A stretch of 40,116 nt of DNA from a bacterium (lineage in GTDB: Bacteria > Patescibacteriota > Doudnabacteria > UBA920 > VMFF01): NCBI GenBank assembly GCA_021842385.1, contig JAKCAE010000011.1, positions 1-40,116 of the forward strand. Direction: 5' to 3'. Shown piece by piece: positions 18,167 to 27,143 of the stretch. The notes below the pieces were generated by a model that searched no databases, was not told where the DNA came from, and saw only the letters and a program-made list of their open reading frames with translations. Numbering within the stretch: the first letter of the stretch is position 1; every line of letters begins with the position of its first letter. Made by a program: the position numbers and the translations under genes.

Positions 18167-19906
18167 CTACATTTGCTCCACTGTTTTAATTCCAAGCAAA
18201 GATAACCCGTGCTTCAAAACATTAGCAACAGCAGACAACAAAACCAAGCGCTGTTGTTTCTTTTCTTCTGTCTCTGCCTGCAACACTGAAACTTGATCAT
18301 AGAAAGCGTTAAACTTAGAAGCAAGCTCAAAAAGATAGCTGCAAACTGCTGTTGGTCTGAAATCTCTAGTTGCATTAACCACTGTTTCGTCATAGTGCAA
18401 CAAATGCCGCAGCAAACTTTGTTCTGTATTCTCTGTTAATTCAGATGGTGCTTCCTTAGAAAGACCCCCTGCCTTAGCAAGAATGCTTTTAATACGCGCG
18501 TAAGTGTATTGCAAATACGGTCCGGTGTTTCCCTCAATGGCTGCTGTTTCTTCCAAATCAAAATATATTTTCGTATTCCTGTCATATTTCAAGTATCCGT
18601 ACTTTATGGCACCATATGCAATGGTTTCAAGCAAAGCATCATCATCTGCAGAACCTTTAACTTTCTGAGATGCTTTCATGACCTCAGCAACGCGTTGTTT
18701 GGTTTGAACAAGCAAATCATCTGCAGAAACTGTATTACCTAAACGAGAAGACATCTTTTCTTTTCCTAAATACACATGCTCATATGGCAGGTGCTTAAAA
18801 CTTCCTGCCCAAGGAAACTTCATTAACTCAAAAAGCTTTGACAAGACCTGAAAGTGATATGCTTGTTCTGAAGATGTTGTCACAACAGCTTCCTCAGGCT
18901 TGTGCTTTTCATTCCTTAAATACCAAAGATACAAATCCTGGGTAATGTATATGGTTGTGCCGTCTTTCCTTAAAAGATACTTCTTGTCCAAGCCCTGCTC
19001 TGTTAAATCAACAGAAACACTACCATCCGCTTCTTTAACAAAAATGCCCATATCTACGCCTTTCATAACTAGGTCCCGGCCTTTGTCATACAACTCGCTT
19101 TCGTGCTGAACCTCATCAAAACTTGATCCTTCCGAAAGATATGTTTGTTTAACTCCTTCATAAAACCAGTTATTCATCCTCTGCCACAAAGCTCTGGTCT
19201 CAGAATCCCCTGCTTCCCACTTGCGTAAAAGCTCTTGAGCTTCTTCTTCCAAAGGAGTTGGTTTGTCGTCTACTTTCTTCTGATTTTCTTTTTCAAACAT
19301 GGCATAGAATCTGCCAACAAAATGATCTGGTTTTTCCCCTTCGCTTTCCGGAGTTTCTCCATTACCATGCTTTAAATACATGAGCATGCTTTTCATAATA
19401 TGGATACCGCGATCATTTATGACCTCGCAGGAAATCACATCGTGACCTGTTGCTCTCAACAAATTAATACAAGCCATGCCAAAAACATCGTTCCTGGTGT
19501 GTCCAATATGCAAAGGCTTGTTAGTATTAGGAGAAGAATATTCAAAAACAACTTTTCTACCTAAACCAATTGGATCAATCTTAATCTCTCCTGTTAAATC
19601 TAAAACATTTTGTGCTACTGCTTCCTTTGAAACAAAAATATTAACAAAACCGCCCACTACCTTGACCTGAGAAATCTTTTTACCGCCTTTTGCATCAAGC
19701 TCAGAAAGAGCGCGGGCAATAATCTCTGCAACATCAGGTGCTTGAAACTTTCCTTCTGCAGCAATAATCATAGCAACATTGGTGCTGTAATCTCCGAAGC
19801 TTTCTTTGGGAATATTAAAATTAAAAGCAGGCAATGCCGATATTTGCCCGTTTTCAAACATAGTGCCTAAAACTTCCGAAAGAAGCTTTTCCAAATACCT
19901 TTTCAT
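18167..19906 (-). CDS. argS: Arginyl-tRNA synthetase
   Basis: FGDYSTN, EYSSPNTNKPLHIGH, KMSSR, GNTGPYLQYTYARIKSIL. Confidence 0.97.
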   Translation of the reverse strand: MKRYLEKLLSEVLGTMFENGQISALPAFNFNIPKESFGDYSTNVAMIIAAEGKFQAPDVAEIIARALSELDAKGGKKISQVKVVGGFVNIFVSKEAVAQNVLDLTGEIKIDPIGLGRKVVFEYSSPNTNKPLHIGHTRNDVFGMACINLLRATGHDVISCEVINDRGIHIMKSMLMYLKHGNGETPESEGEKPDHFVGRFYAMFEKENQKKVDDKPTPLEEEAQELLRKWEAGDSETRALWQRMNNWFYEGVKQTYLSEGSSFDEVQHESELYDKGRDLVMKGVDMGIFVKEADGSVSVDLTEQGLDKKYLLRKDGTTIYITQDLYLWYLRNEKHKPEEAVVTTSSEQAYHFQVLSKLFELMKFPWAGSFKHLPYEHVYLGKEKMSSRLGNTVSADDLLVQTKQRVAEVMKASQKVKGSADDDALLETIAYGAIKYGYLKYDRNTKIYFDLEETAAIEGNTGPYLQYTYARIKSILAKAGGLSKEAPSELTENTEQSLLRHLLHYDETVVNATRDFRPTAVCSYLFELASKFNAFYDQVSVLQAETEEKKQQRLVLLSAVANVLKHGLSLLGIKTVEQM

Positions 19907-19942
19907 ATCTCAAATTATACCATAAACTACAGGTAGGAAGTC

Positions 19943-20386
19943 ATGAAAATACTCGTAAACAACAGAAAAGCAGCCTTTGATTACAACATTTCTAATGAAA
20001 TGATTGCGGGTTTAGTATTGTCAGGATCTGAGGTTAAAAGCCTGAAAGCCTCGCAAGCCTCCCTAAAAGGCGCGTACATATCCATACGTCACAGTCCAAA
20101 CCCTGAAGCATACCTTGTTAAAGCGCATATCACCCCTTACAAATATGCTGGCATTAAAAATCCTGATCCTGAAAAAGAGAGGAAGCTTCTTTTAAACAAA
20201 AAAGAAATCTCTTCATTAATCGGCAAAGAAAAAGGAACTGTCATCATTCCCTTAGAAATCTTTGTCGGAACAAAAGGATTAATTAAGTTAAAAATCGGTG
20301 TTGGTAAAGGTAAAAAGAAATACGACAAAAGAAGTAGTATAAAAAAGAGGGAGATTGAAAGAAGAATTAAACGACAGGAAGATTAA
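19943..20386 (+). CDS. smpB: SsrA-binding protein
   Basis: NRKAAFDY, AGLVLSGSEVKSL, RKLLLNKKEI, GKGKKKYDKR. Confidence 0.96.
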   Translation: MKILVNNRKAAFDYNISNEMIAGLVLSGSEVKSLKASQASLKGAYISIRHSPNPEAYLVKAHITPYKYAGIKNPDPEKERKLLLNKKEISSLIGKEKGTVIIPLEIFVGTKGLIKLKIGVGKGKKKYDKRSSIKKREIERRIKRQED

Positions 20387-20387
20387 C

Positions 20388-21254
20388 ATGGCTACAGAAA
20401 GACCGGGCTTTGGCGAAGAGCAAAGCAGTAAAATTGAGTATCTGCAAGAAAGAAGCGCTGAGTTTAACGAAGCGCTAAACGGTCTTGATCTTGAATTAAT
20501 TAAACGCCTAATCCAAGAGGAAGCTCTTAAATCTGGCCGCGAAAAAGGCAGCAACTTAAACTTTCTGGATCAAGGAAGGATTGGAGAAATAGAGGCAAGG
20601 GGTCATGAAAGCTCTATGCCCATCTCCTTTTACAACTCCGCAACAAATGAAATAGAGGTGGATTTTAACGGCTTAGCAGAACAAGCAGAAAGACAAAACC
20701 CTTTCTTAACCAAAGAAGGTCTTAAAGCATACCTCGTAGCAGTTCTCATTCATGAAGAACTTCACGCGGCCACAGAGCTGCAAGCCTTGGGGTATGTTGG
20801 CTACCAACATTTTCGCAGCTATCAGGTTTGGAACGAAGGCGTTACAGAAAAACTGGCCCGCGAATTAACGGAAAAATACTACAAAACAACAGCAGACTTT
20901 TCACAATACGACCAATCAAAAAGCTACAATTACGAAAGCGCTGTCCTGCTTTTAGATGTGGTCATTGCAAAGCTTTCTGCGGCTACTGGCTTTGACCAAC
21001 AAACAGTATGGAATGCCATAAAAAGAGGGATGTTTGAAAACACCAGCCTAGAAAGCAAAGAACTTCAAGAACTCTTTGAACAAACACTTCCTGCAGATTT
21101 CTTTAAAAATCTCAGGACCGCAAATCCTTTAAACGAAACAGAAATACATACATTAATTGAAAAGATGAATCAGGGATCACTGGAAAAAATAGTTACCAGA
21201 CTAATTAAGTTCCTGCATTTTGAAAAGCCTACTGATTCTCGAAAAGCCGCTTAA
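20388..21254 (+). CDS. Putative zinc metallopeptidase (HExxH)
   Basis: LIHEELH...WNEGVTEKLA gluzincin-like arrangement; likely ATG 20388. Confidence 0.7.
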   Translation: MATERPGFGEEQSSKIEYLQERSAEFNEALNGLDLELIKRLIQEEALKSGREKGSNLNFLDQGRIGEIEARGHESSMPISFYNSATNEIEVDFNGLAEQAERQNPFLTKEGLKAYLVAVLIHEELHAATELQALGYVGYQHFRSYQVWNEGVTEKLARELTEKYYKTTADFSQYDQSKSYNYESAVLLLDVVIAKLSAATGFDQQTVWNAIKRGMFENTSLESKELQELFEQTLPADFFKNLRTANPLNETEIHTLIEKMNQGSLEKIVTRLIKFLHFEKPTDSRKAA

Positions 21255-21774
21255 AAATCCTTAAATACTGCTTTCTAATCCCCTCAACTCTGCCAATTTC
21301 CAAAACCTCATCATTGTAAACTGCCGCAGAAACCGTATAGTTAAAACTCCCTGAAGCATAAGCTTTGTCTGTAACCAACATCTTAATATGCATTAAACCG
21401 CTTTCCTTTGGCACTATCTTTAGAACAATGCCGTATTTTTTTAATTTATTAACCCAAGGTTTTTCTTCTGGAATTTCAACCTGATTAGAATCCAAAACTC
21501 CTAAGACTTCCAGCCCACGAAGCTTTGCCGCTATCAAAGCATTAACAATATTCTCCTTGGTGATTGTGTACACCGCAAAATAGACGAACTTTTCAGCTTG
21601 CTGAATTTCTGAAACCAACGCCTCGTCTATACCCTCCTCCATTGAATACAAAACCTTGGTCTGAGCATAGGCATTCTCATAAAGCCTTGTTTCCAAAGAA
21701 AGGTTTCTGAAAAGCAAGAAAATAAAAACAAGAGGGGTTAATATGGTTATGCTTAAACGAAAAAATCTGGACAT
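21229..21774 (-). CDS. Phospholipase D superfamily (single HKD, Nuc-like) protein
   Basis: MHIKMLVTD..SGSFNYT..YNDE; N-terminal signal/TM. Confidence 0.85.
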   Translation of the reverse strand: MSRFFRLSITILTPLVFIFLLFRNLSLETRLYENAYAQTKVLYSMEEGIDEALVSEIQQAEKFVYFAVYTITKENIVNALIAAKLRGLEVLGVLDSNQVEIPEEKPWVNKLKKYGIVLKIVPKESGLMHIKMLVTDKAYASGSFNYTVSAAVYNDEVLEIGRVEGIRKQYLRIFKRLFENQ

Positions 21775-21812
21775 TTATCCAGATTAACACAAAGAAATTA
21801 AATATATATTAA

Positions 21813-22031
21813 CTACTGAGAAACATTAATTGGTGCGGGCTTTTTCTTGAAAATACCAAAAGATGTTTTCTTTTCACGAGCATTTCTTAACATCTGAATG
21901 GTTTGCATATCAACAGATTCTGCTAAAGCATATTGCTGATCAACAAAACTGTTGTAAGCAATGTAAAAAACAAGACCTCCGGCTAAAACAAAAAGCAAAG
22001 ATATTACAATGGTTACACGACTTAAAAACAT
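21813..22031 (-). CDS. Small single-pass membrane protein
   Basis: Start MFLSRV at 22031, preceded by TATTAT-6 nt; TM segment. Confidence 0.6.
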   Translation of the reverse strand: MFLSRVTIVISLLFVLAGGLVFYIAYNSFVDQQYALAESVDMQTIQMLRNAREKKTSFGIFKKKPAPINVSQ

Positions 22032-22137
22032 AAGGGAATAATAATAGAAAAAGAACAAACTGGCAAAAAAACATATCCACAAACACCAGCGCCCGCTGAC
22101 CAGAAAGGATCAAACGGGCGCTCAGTAGTTCTTGGTG

Positions 22138-22263
22138 CTATCGCGGCACAACAGGCAGCGACGCTGCCATCATGCTGATGAACCACAGCGCAAAGATACC
22201 CAAAAGACACAAGAATACCTGCACTGCGGCTCGAAACAACCGACGCAGAACAACCAGGTTCAT
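22138..22263 (-). CDS. 41-aa hydrophobic peptide (cassette 3, second gene; not in ORF track)
   Basis: GGAGG-ATTT-ATG; MNLVVLRRLFRAAVQVFLCLLGIFALWFISMMAASLPVVPR*; followed by hairpin agcgcccg...cgggcgct (~22088-22122). Confidence 0.5.
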   Translation of the reverse strand: MNLVVLRRLFRAAVQVFLCLLGIFALWFISMMAASLPVVPR

Positions 22264-22271
22264 AAATCCTC

Positions 22272-22736
22272 CTATGGTCTCCTTTTGGACACATCAACTA
22301 CTCTCCAACGAGCATCAGCTTCTGAACGCTTGGCAGACCAGTGCCAGGTCCCATTCAGCCAAAAGAGAAAGAAGCCGAAGCTTTCGTGACTTGAAAGCAC
22401 TGCACTGTCTCTTCCCAAAACCTCGATCTTACGCAGCTCAGAGCTTGAACGGGTAAAACGAGGCCTGCTCCGCAATCTGCAAGATCTGGAAAGGTCAGCC
22501 CTGATCGTATCAAGGACAACCCCTCCAAAAAAGCGCGGGAGCAAAGCCTGAGAAGCTGAGTCGCAAGGGTTTTTTGCAAAAACCGGCTTCAGCTTCAAAA
22601 CCTCAAAAACAAGGTTTCTAAGCTCAAATTCAACCAATGCTGACTCAGAGAGCGTTGAGTCCTGTTTGCCCAATCCTTGTCCCTGCAAGGACAAAGCAAA
22701 CAGACTGCTAATTGCAAACAACAAAATCCGCTGCAT
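22272..22736 (-). CDS. GC-richer orphan secreted protein (cassette 3)
   Basis: GGAGGG-GCAG-ATG; signal peptide MQRILLFAISSLFALSLQG; TTGACC-17-TAATTT upstream. Confidence 0.6.
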   Translation of the reverse strand: MQRILLFAISSLFALSLQGQGLGKQDSTLSESALVEFELRNLVFEVLKLKPVFAKNPCDSASQALLPRFFGGVVLDTIRADLSRSCRLRSRPRFTRSSSELRKIEVLGRDSAVLSSHESFGFFLFWLNGTWHWSAKRSEADARWRVVDVSKRRP

Positions 22737-22815
22737 CTGCCCCTCCAAGGTTAAGGAAATACTCTGACTGCGGATTAAAAGACAAATTAACACAAAAAAA
22801 GAAAATGGTCAAAAG

Positions 22816-22845
22816 AAAAACACCCCAAATTTCTTGGGGTGTTTT
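22816..22845 (-). terminator. Intrinsic terminator
   Basis: aaaacacccca-aatttct-tggggtgtttt. Confidence 0.75.
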
Positions 22846-22859
22846 AATGTTTGTCTAAA

Positions 22860-23381
22860 CTACTTTACTTCAATATTTAGCGCAGTCAAATCATCTGCTA
22901 CTAAAGCCACAACAAACTGTTTTGTTTTCAAAGATGAGAGAGGAATCTCAGAACCTTCTGACAAAATTACAGTCTGTGCTGATGTATAGATGGTTTGTTG
23001 TTCTCCGGAGTTATCATTTAGAGTAATCTCATTTCCATTAATGCTTGCAATGGTTCCAGAAATTCTCGTTCCTGCTGTCATCATTCCGCCTCTGCCAAAA
23101 GAGTACATCATGTTAGTCCCTTTGTTTGACCAAGAATCAGCATCTCTAGAAAAAGTAACAAAACCATTACCCATCATTGCCCTAAAACCAGAGCCATACA
23201 TACCGATACCAATTCCAATTTTAAAAACCAACAAAATAACTAGTGCAATTAGCAAAATCTTGGCAATGCGCCAAAAAGGATTGCGATGAAAATATCCGTG
23301 GTCACCACAGCAATATTTTCCATTGCAATAGCAGTTGTCGTTGTTTGGAGTATTTTTTTCCATATTTTTCCTTTGTTTCAT
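22860..23381 (-). CDS. Membrane protein with C-terminal DUF5666-like (OB-like) domain
   Basis: Cys/His-rich N-terminus, TM, Gly/Met-rich linker, ISGTIASINGNEITL motif; exact start uncertain. Confidence 0.65.
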   Translation of the reverse strand: MKQRKNMEKNTPNNDNCYCNGKYCCGDHGYFHRNPFWRIAKILLIALVILLVFKIGIGIGMYGSGFRAMMGNGFVTFSRDADSWSNKGTNMMYSFGRGGMMTAGTRISGTIASINGNEITLNDNSGEQQTIYTSAQTVILSEGSEIPLSSLKTKQFVVALVADDLTALNIEVK

Positions 23382-23542
23382 TATATTTTTAATATATAGA
23401 TATTTTAACAATTCTTAAAAGAAAAAACAAATCAAAAGCAACAAAAAAAGGATGCCTCCCAACATCCCTTGCCCTCTTTGTTCTCCCCGTCCCAGTAAGG
23501 GACGGGTTTCTTTGATCCTCCGTTTCAGAACTCCACCAGCTA

Positions 23543-24139
23543 TCAGGCAACTGCTTGAGCAAGCAGCAAACGCGCCCGATGCAGACGCATCTTTACTGCT
23601 CCTTCGTTGACATTCAAGGCCTTGGCAATATCCTTGTACTTCATCTCCTCAAAACAAGCAAGATATACAACCTGAGAAAGGGGTCTGGAAAGACTGTTCA
23701 GACATCTCAGCAACAGTTCATTCTCTTCCTTGAGAATGAGTTGTTCCAGTGGGTCCAGCGAAGAATCAGCAGGACACCACTCCTCAAACTCAACATTTCC
23801 AGGCACCTGCTCGCAATGCTTGTATTCGCCCTTCTTGAACTGGTCTTTGAAAAGGTTGTACAACATCCGCGAAACCCAGCCATCAAAGGTCCCGCTACCG
23901 TTAAAACCACGGATATTCCGCAGAACCTTGAGCCAGCAAACTTCCACGATCTCCTCAGCAGCATCAGCATCGCCATTGAAAAGCTTGAGTGCTGTCTTAA
24001 AGAGCCAGCCATAGTGTCTGCTGTAAAGCTCGTTGAAAGCTGACTCCTCGCCGCCGAGAAACCTCTGGATCAACTCCGAATCGCTAGGTCCTAAAACCAC
24101 AGCGTCGGAGCCGTTAAAACGTACCGAACGTTTTGCCAT
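23543..24139 (-). CDS. ECF sigma factor (GC-richer, cassette 4)
   Basis: GGAGG-CGCA-ATG 24139; SDSELI..AFNELYSRH, FDGWVSRM, YKDIAKALNVNEGAVKMRLHRAR. Confidence 0.88.
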   Translation of the reverse strand: MAKRSVRFNGSDAVVLGPSDSELIQRFLGGEESAFNELYSRHYGWLFKTALKLFNGDADAAEEIVEVCWLKVLRNIRGFNGSGTFDGWVSRMLYNLFKDQFKKGEYKHCEQVPGNVEFEEWCPADSSLDPLEQLILKEENELLLRCLNSLSRPLSQVVYLACFEEMKYKDIAKALNVNEGAVKMRLHRARLLLAQAVA

Positions 24140-24223
24140 TGCGCCTCCGCGCCAAAGGAAAAGGAACCTGCTAACATCTAAATTATTCCATCCTGCAAAA
24201 AAAGAGTCAAACAAAACCTCTAG

Positions 24224-24994
24224 CTAATCTGTCTGCCCCGTTTCTTCGTTATCCCTTTCTCTGTGGGAAGCTCTTTGAGCTCTTTGTTTTAATTCTCTGA
24301 TTACTTGTTTTGAGTCCATATCTTCTTTACCACGCTTTAATTTCAGGTGTTTTTCATTCTTTATCTCTGAATCTTCTGAAACCTCTGTTTGTTCAGGGAT
24401 CTCTATTTCTTTTGAAAGCTCGTCTAAAACCTCTGTGTGTTTTCCTAAAGAAACATCCAACTTCTCATCCAAATCCGCAGCCTTAATTTTGCTTTCATTT
24501 TCACTTACTTCAGTTATTCTTTTTTTAACTTCGTCATTATATTTTGTTAAATTTTGAGTAATCTCTGCTTTCCTAACTTCATCAAGGTGTCCTCTTTTAG
24601 ACAAGACTTCTGCTTCTTTCAATCTTTTAAGGGTCAACTCTGAAGCAACCCTTGCTTTTTGTTCAGAAGTTAAAGCAAAAGAAGTTTGTAGTCTTTCATT
24701 AACCTGAGTTTTAACAGGGTACAAAAAATCACCGGGAAGAGATTGTTCCGCGGCACGGGAAATTCCTGCTGTTGAAAATATCAAAACCAAAAGAGAAAGC
24801 GTTGCCACCATTCTCTTGTTCAAAAAAAGATGCAAAGAAAATCTAAAAAAAGATGTTGCCTTCTGATCCTTCCTCAATCTCTCTTCTGCAATGGCATATC
24901 TAATACCCTTAAGCATCTCATCTTTCTCGGCTCTGCTTAAACTTTGGGACTTAAAGGTTGCTATTAATTTTTCAAATTTATCTCTCTTCATCAT
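24224..24994 (-). CDS. DUF5667-like putative anti-sigma membrane protein
   Basis: TM followed by AAEQSLPGDFLYPVKTQVNE..KRLKEA; overlaps the end of the ECF sigma gene. Confidence 0.75.
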   Translation of the reverse strand: MMKRDKFEKLIATFKSQSLSRAEKDEMLKGIRYAIAEERLRKDQKATSFFRFSLHLFLNKRMVATLSLLVLIFSTAGISRAAEQSLPGDFLYPVKTQVNERLQTSFALTSEQKARVASELTLKRLKEAEVLSKRGHLDEVRKAEITQNLTKYNDEVKKRITEVSENESKIKAADLDEKLDVSLGKHTEVLDELSKEIEIPEQTEVSEDSEIKNEKHLKLKRGKEDMDSKQVIRELKQRAQRASHRERDNEETGQTD

Positions 24995-25484
24995 ATTCTT
25001 CTAAATTTAACTTCTTCTTTAACATCTTAACCCCTCTGTGCAACAGGACAGAGGCTGAGTTTTCAGAAATACCGACTGTTTTAGCAATATCCCCGGGTGA
25101 GGCATCTTCAATATATCTCAGGGTTAAAACCTTTTGATATTTTTCAGGCAACTGTCGCATTTCCTTCAAAACCCACTGAAGTTCCATAAAGTCGATGGTT
25201 TCTTCACCCTCCTTGACGAAATCAAAGCCGTTTTCTTTCAAAAGATCCAAAGAAACTTCTTTGTGCTTTCTGTAATAGTCTATAACCAGGTTTGTTGCAA
25301 CCCGATACAAAAAAGCTTTTATGTTCTCTATTTGTTTGCCTTTTTCAAGAGAATTCCATGTTCTAATGAAGGTTTCCTGGGTTAAATCCTTAGCAACTTC
25401 CCTATTTGATACACGGAAAAAACAATATCTGAAAATATGATCTGCGTACTCATTATATATCTTTTCAAAATCTGTATCTTTCAT
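24978..25484 (-). CDS. ECF RNA polymerase sigma factor
   Basis: AKDLTQETFIRTW, KAFLYRVATNLVIDYYRK, DIAKTVGISENSASVLLHRG. Confidence 0.93.
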   Translation of the reverse strand: MKDTDFEKIYNEYADHIFRYCFFRVSNREVAKDLTQETFIRTWNSLEKGKQIENIKAFLYRVATNLVIDYYRKHKEVSLDLLKENGFDFVKEGEETIDFMELQWVLKEMRQLPEKYQKVLTLRYIEDASPGDIAKTVGISENSASVLLHRGVKMLKKKLNLEEYDEER

Positions 25485-25513
25485 TAAAACAAAGTATACA
25501 CCAAAAAACAGAT

Positions 25514-25542
25514 TGTAAGAAAGTTTCCCTGACAGCGTCTAA
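25514..25542 (+). promoter_or_regulatory. Putative ECF-sigma promoter
   Basis: TGTAAG-16 bp-CGTCTAA upstream of the DUF5666 gene. Confidence 0.55.
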
Positions 25543-25612
25543 TCTACTGAAAGGTCGAAAAGACTGATTAAAACTAAACACAAAGAAAACATTTAAACGA
25601 AAGGAAAATTAC

Positions 25613-26257
25613 ATGCTAAAACTAACAAAATATATAGCTACAGGAGCCATGGCACTAAGTATCCTCCCTTTTATGGCTTCAGCACATGGATTTGATGAGG
25701 ACAAAGGTGAAAGAACAGAAATGAAAGCCTACTTTGGCGAACATCTAAACCAAGGCCTACAATATGAACATAGGGCATTCACTGGTTTGGTGACAGCGCT
25801 AAGCACAACAGGCTTTACTCTAAAAGACGCTAATGGAACTGTCTACACAGTTGTTACAGCTGACGCAAGACTTGTAAGACCATTTACAGGAAGCATTGTT
25901 CTTTCTGATATAAAGGTCAATGACAAAGCTGTTGTCAAAGGGGAACTAAAAGATAACAACACCATAGAAGCAAAATCCGTTCAAATAATGCCGGCAAATA
26001 CTCACCCGGCACTAACTAACGGAACTATCACAGCGGTCAACGGCAATACCCTAACTCTTCAAAACACACATCTAGGAGTTGTCAGCAATGTAAATATAAA
26101 GACAGATGCTAACACTCAAGTTACAAAAGACGGACAAGCGGCAACATTAGCAGATGCCACTGTTGGAACGAGAGTTAGAATAAAGGGTCTTTGGGATGAA
26201 ACACTAAACATCCTAAATGCAATTAGAATCAATATCAGAACAGCGCTAAACAAATAA
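25613..26257 (+). CDS. Secreted DUF5666-repeat protein
   Basis: Signal peptide ending ASA; two repeats (GLVTAL..LSDIKVNDKAVVKG; GTITAVNGNTLTL..LADATVGTRVRIKG). Confidence 0.78.
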   Translation: MLKLTKYIATGAMALSILPFMASAHGFDEDKGERTEMKAYFGEHLNQGLQYEHRAFTGLVTALSTTGFTLKDANGTVYTVVTADARLVRPFTGSIVLSDIKVNDKAVVKGELKDNNTIEAKSVQIMPANTHPALTNGTITAVNGNTLTLQNTHLGVVSNVNIKTDANTQVTKDGQAATLADATVGTRVRIKGLWDETLNILNAIRINIRTALNK

Positions 26258-26299
26258 CTTAATAACGGATAAAATCAGTTGATATGCCAACTGAAACAC

Positions 26300-26324
26300 A
26301 AACCACCCCGCAAGGGGTGGTTTT
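26300..26324 (+). terminator. Intrinsic terminator
   Basis: aaaccacccc-gcaa-ggggtggtttt. Confidence 0.85.
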
Positions 26325-26339
26325 AATATTGTTCAATTC

Positions 26340-26445
26340 TTGACCTTAGTTAAAAACTAAGATATACTGGATATGTCTTTCGGTTTGTCATAAACTGAAA
26401 GGGTATTACATCCTAGAATCACCCTTCGCAAGGAGGGTGATTTTT
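26340..26445 (+). ncRNA. Candidate small-RNA unit (promoter + ~70-nt structured RNA) convergent on the NYN gene
   Basis: TTGACC(26340)-17-TATACT(26363-68); stem TCTTTCGGTTT/AAACTGAAAGG; terminator AATCACCCT..AGGGTGATTTTT ending in the NYN stop codon. Confidence 0.6.
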
Positions 26446-27013
26446 ATATCCCCTTCGACTTTCGATGTTGCAATGCCTTACCCCAAATATGTTCACCTAA
26501 ATCTAAAATTTCAAAATACCCATCAGCGCCAGTTCTTAATTCTTGCGAAATATTATTTTTCGAAGAAAAAATGTACACTTTTTTGCCTCGTCTGCGCAAA
26601 TATGAAACTAGAGCCAAGAAATCAGAATCACCAGTGAAAAATATGGCGATATCATAGTTTTGAAAAAAATGTACGGCATCTATCGTCATTTCAACATCCA
26701 TATTACCTTTTTCTTGAATCGATTCACCAAACTCATCAACTATACTTATCCTCTTAAGCTCTTTTTTTACAACTTCAAATTTTAAACCTTTTTTCAAAAA
26801 TGTAAAAAATTTATGTTTGGCATCTAAGCTGTATCTCCTGGTTCCCTCTGCTGGGTAGGCAGTATAATAGAATACCTTTACCTTATTTAACCTAAACTGT
26901 CTCTTTATATGTTCAAATAATTGCTGATAATCCAGGAACCTTCCTTTAGATTTCTGAGCTTGCCAAAGATTAGATGCATCAATGAAGACATAAATTGTTT
27001 TGTTGATATTCAT
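26444..27013 (-). CDS. NYN (LabA/DUF88, PIN-like) domain putative RNase
   Basis: FIDASNL, EKGNMDVEM, TGDSDF, SQELRTGAD motifs. Confidence 0.9.
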   Translation of the reverse strand: MNINKTIYVFIDASNLWQAQKSKGRFLDYQQLFEHIKRQFRLNKVKVFYYTAYPAEGTRRYSLDAKHKFFTFLKKGLKFEVVKKELKRISIVDEFGESIQEKGNMDVEMTIDAVHFFQNYDIAIFFTGDSDFLALVSYLRRRGKKVYIFSSKNNISQELRTGADGYFEILDLGEHIWGKALQHRKSKGI

Positions 27014-27107
27014 AGACTTAAAATAACAAGGAACACATGGAAAGAACCTAAAATATTATTAGTATATTTATAAATCCTCTTTAATACAAAAAACTTTTTT
27101 GGTCAAA

Positions 27108-27132
27108 CAAAAACCGCCAAGAGGCGGTTTTG
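27108..27132 (-). terminator. tmRNA terminator
   Basis: aaaaccgcc-aaga-ggcggtttt. Confidence 0.8.
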
Positions 27133-27143
27133 GAAACAATATC

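Noticed and set aside
26444-27143. Genomic island integrated at the tmRNA 3' end
   Set aside because: No integrase and no duplicated tmRNA 3' end seen; the 7241-7316 element differs in sequence from the tmRNA end.
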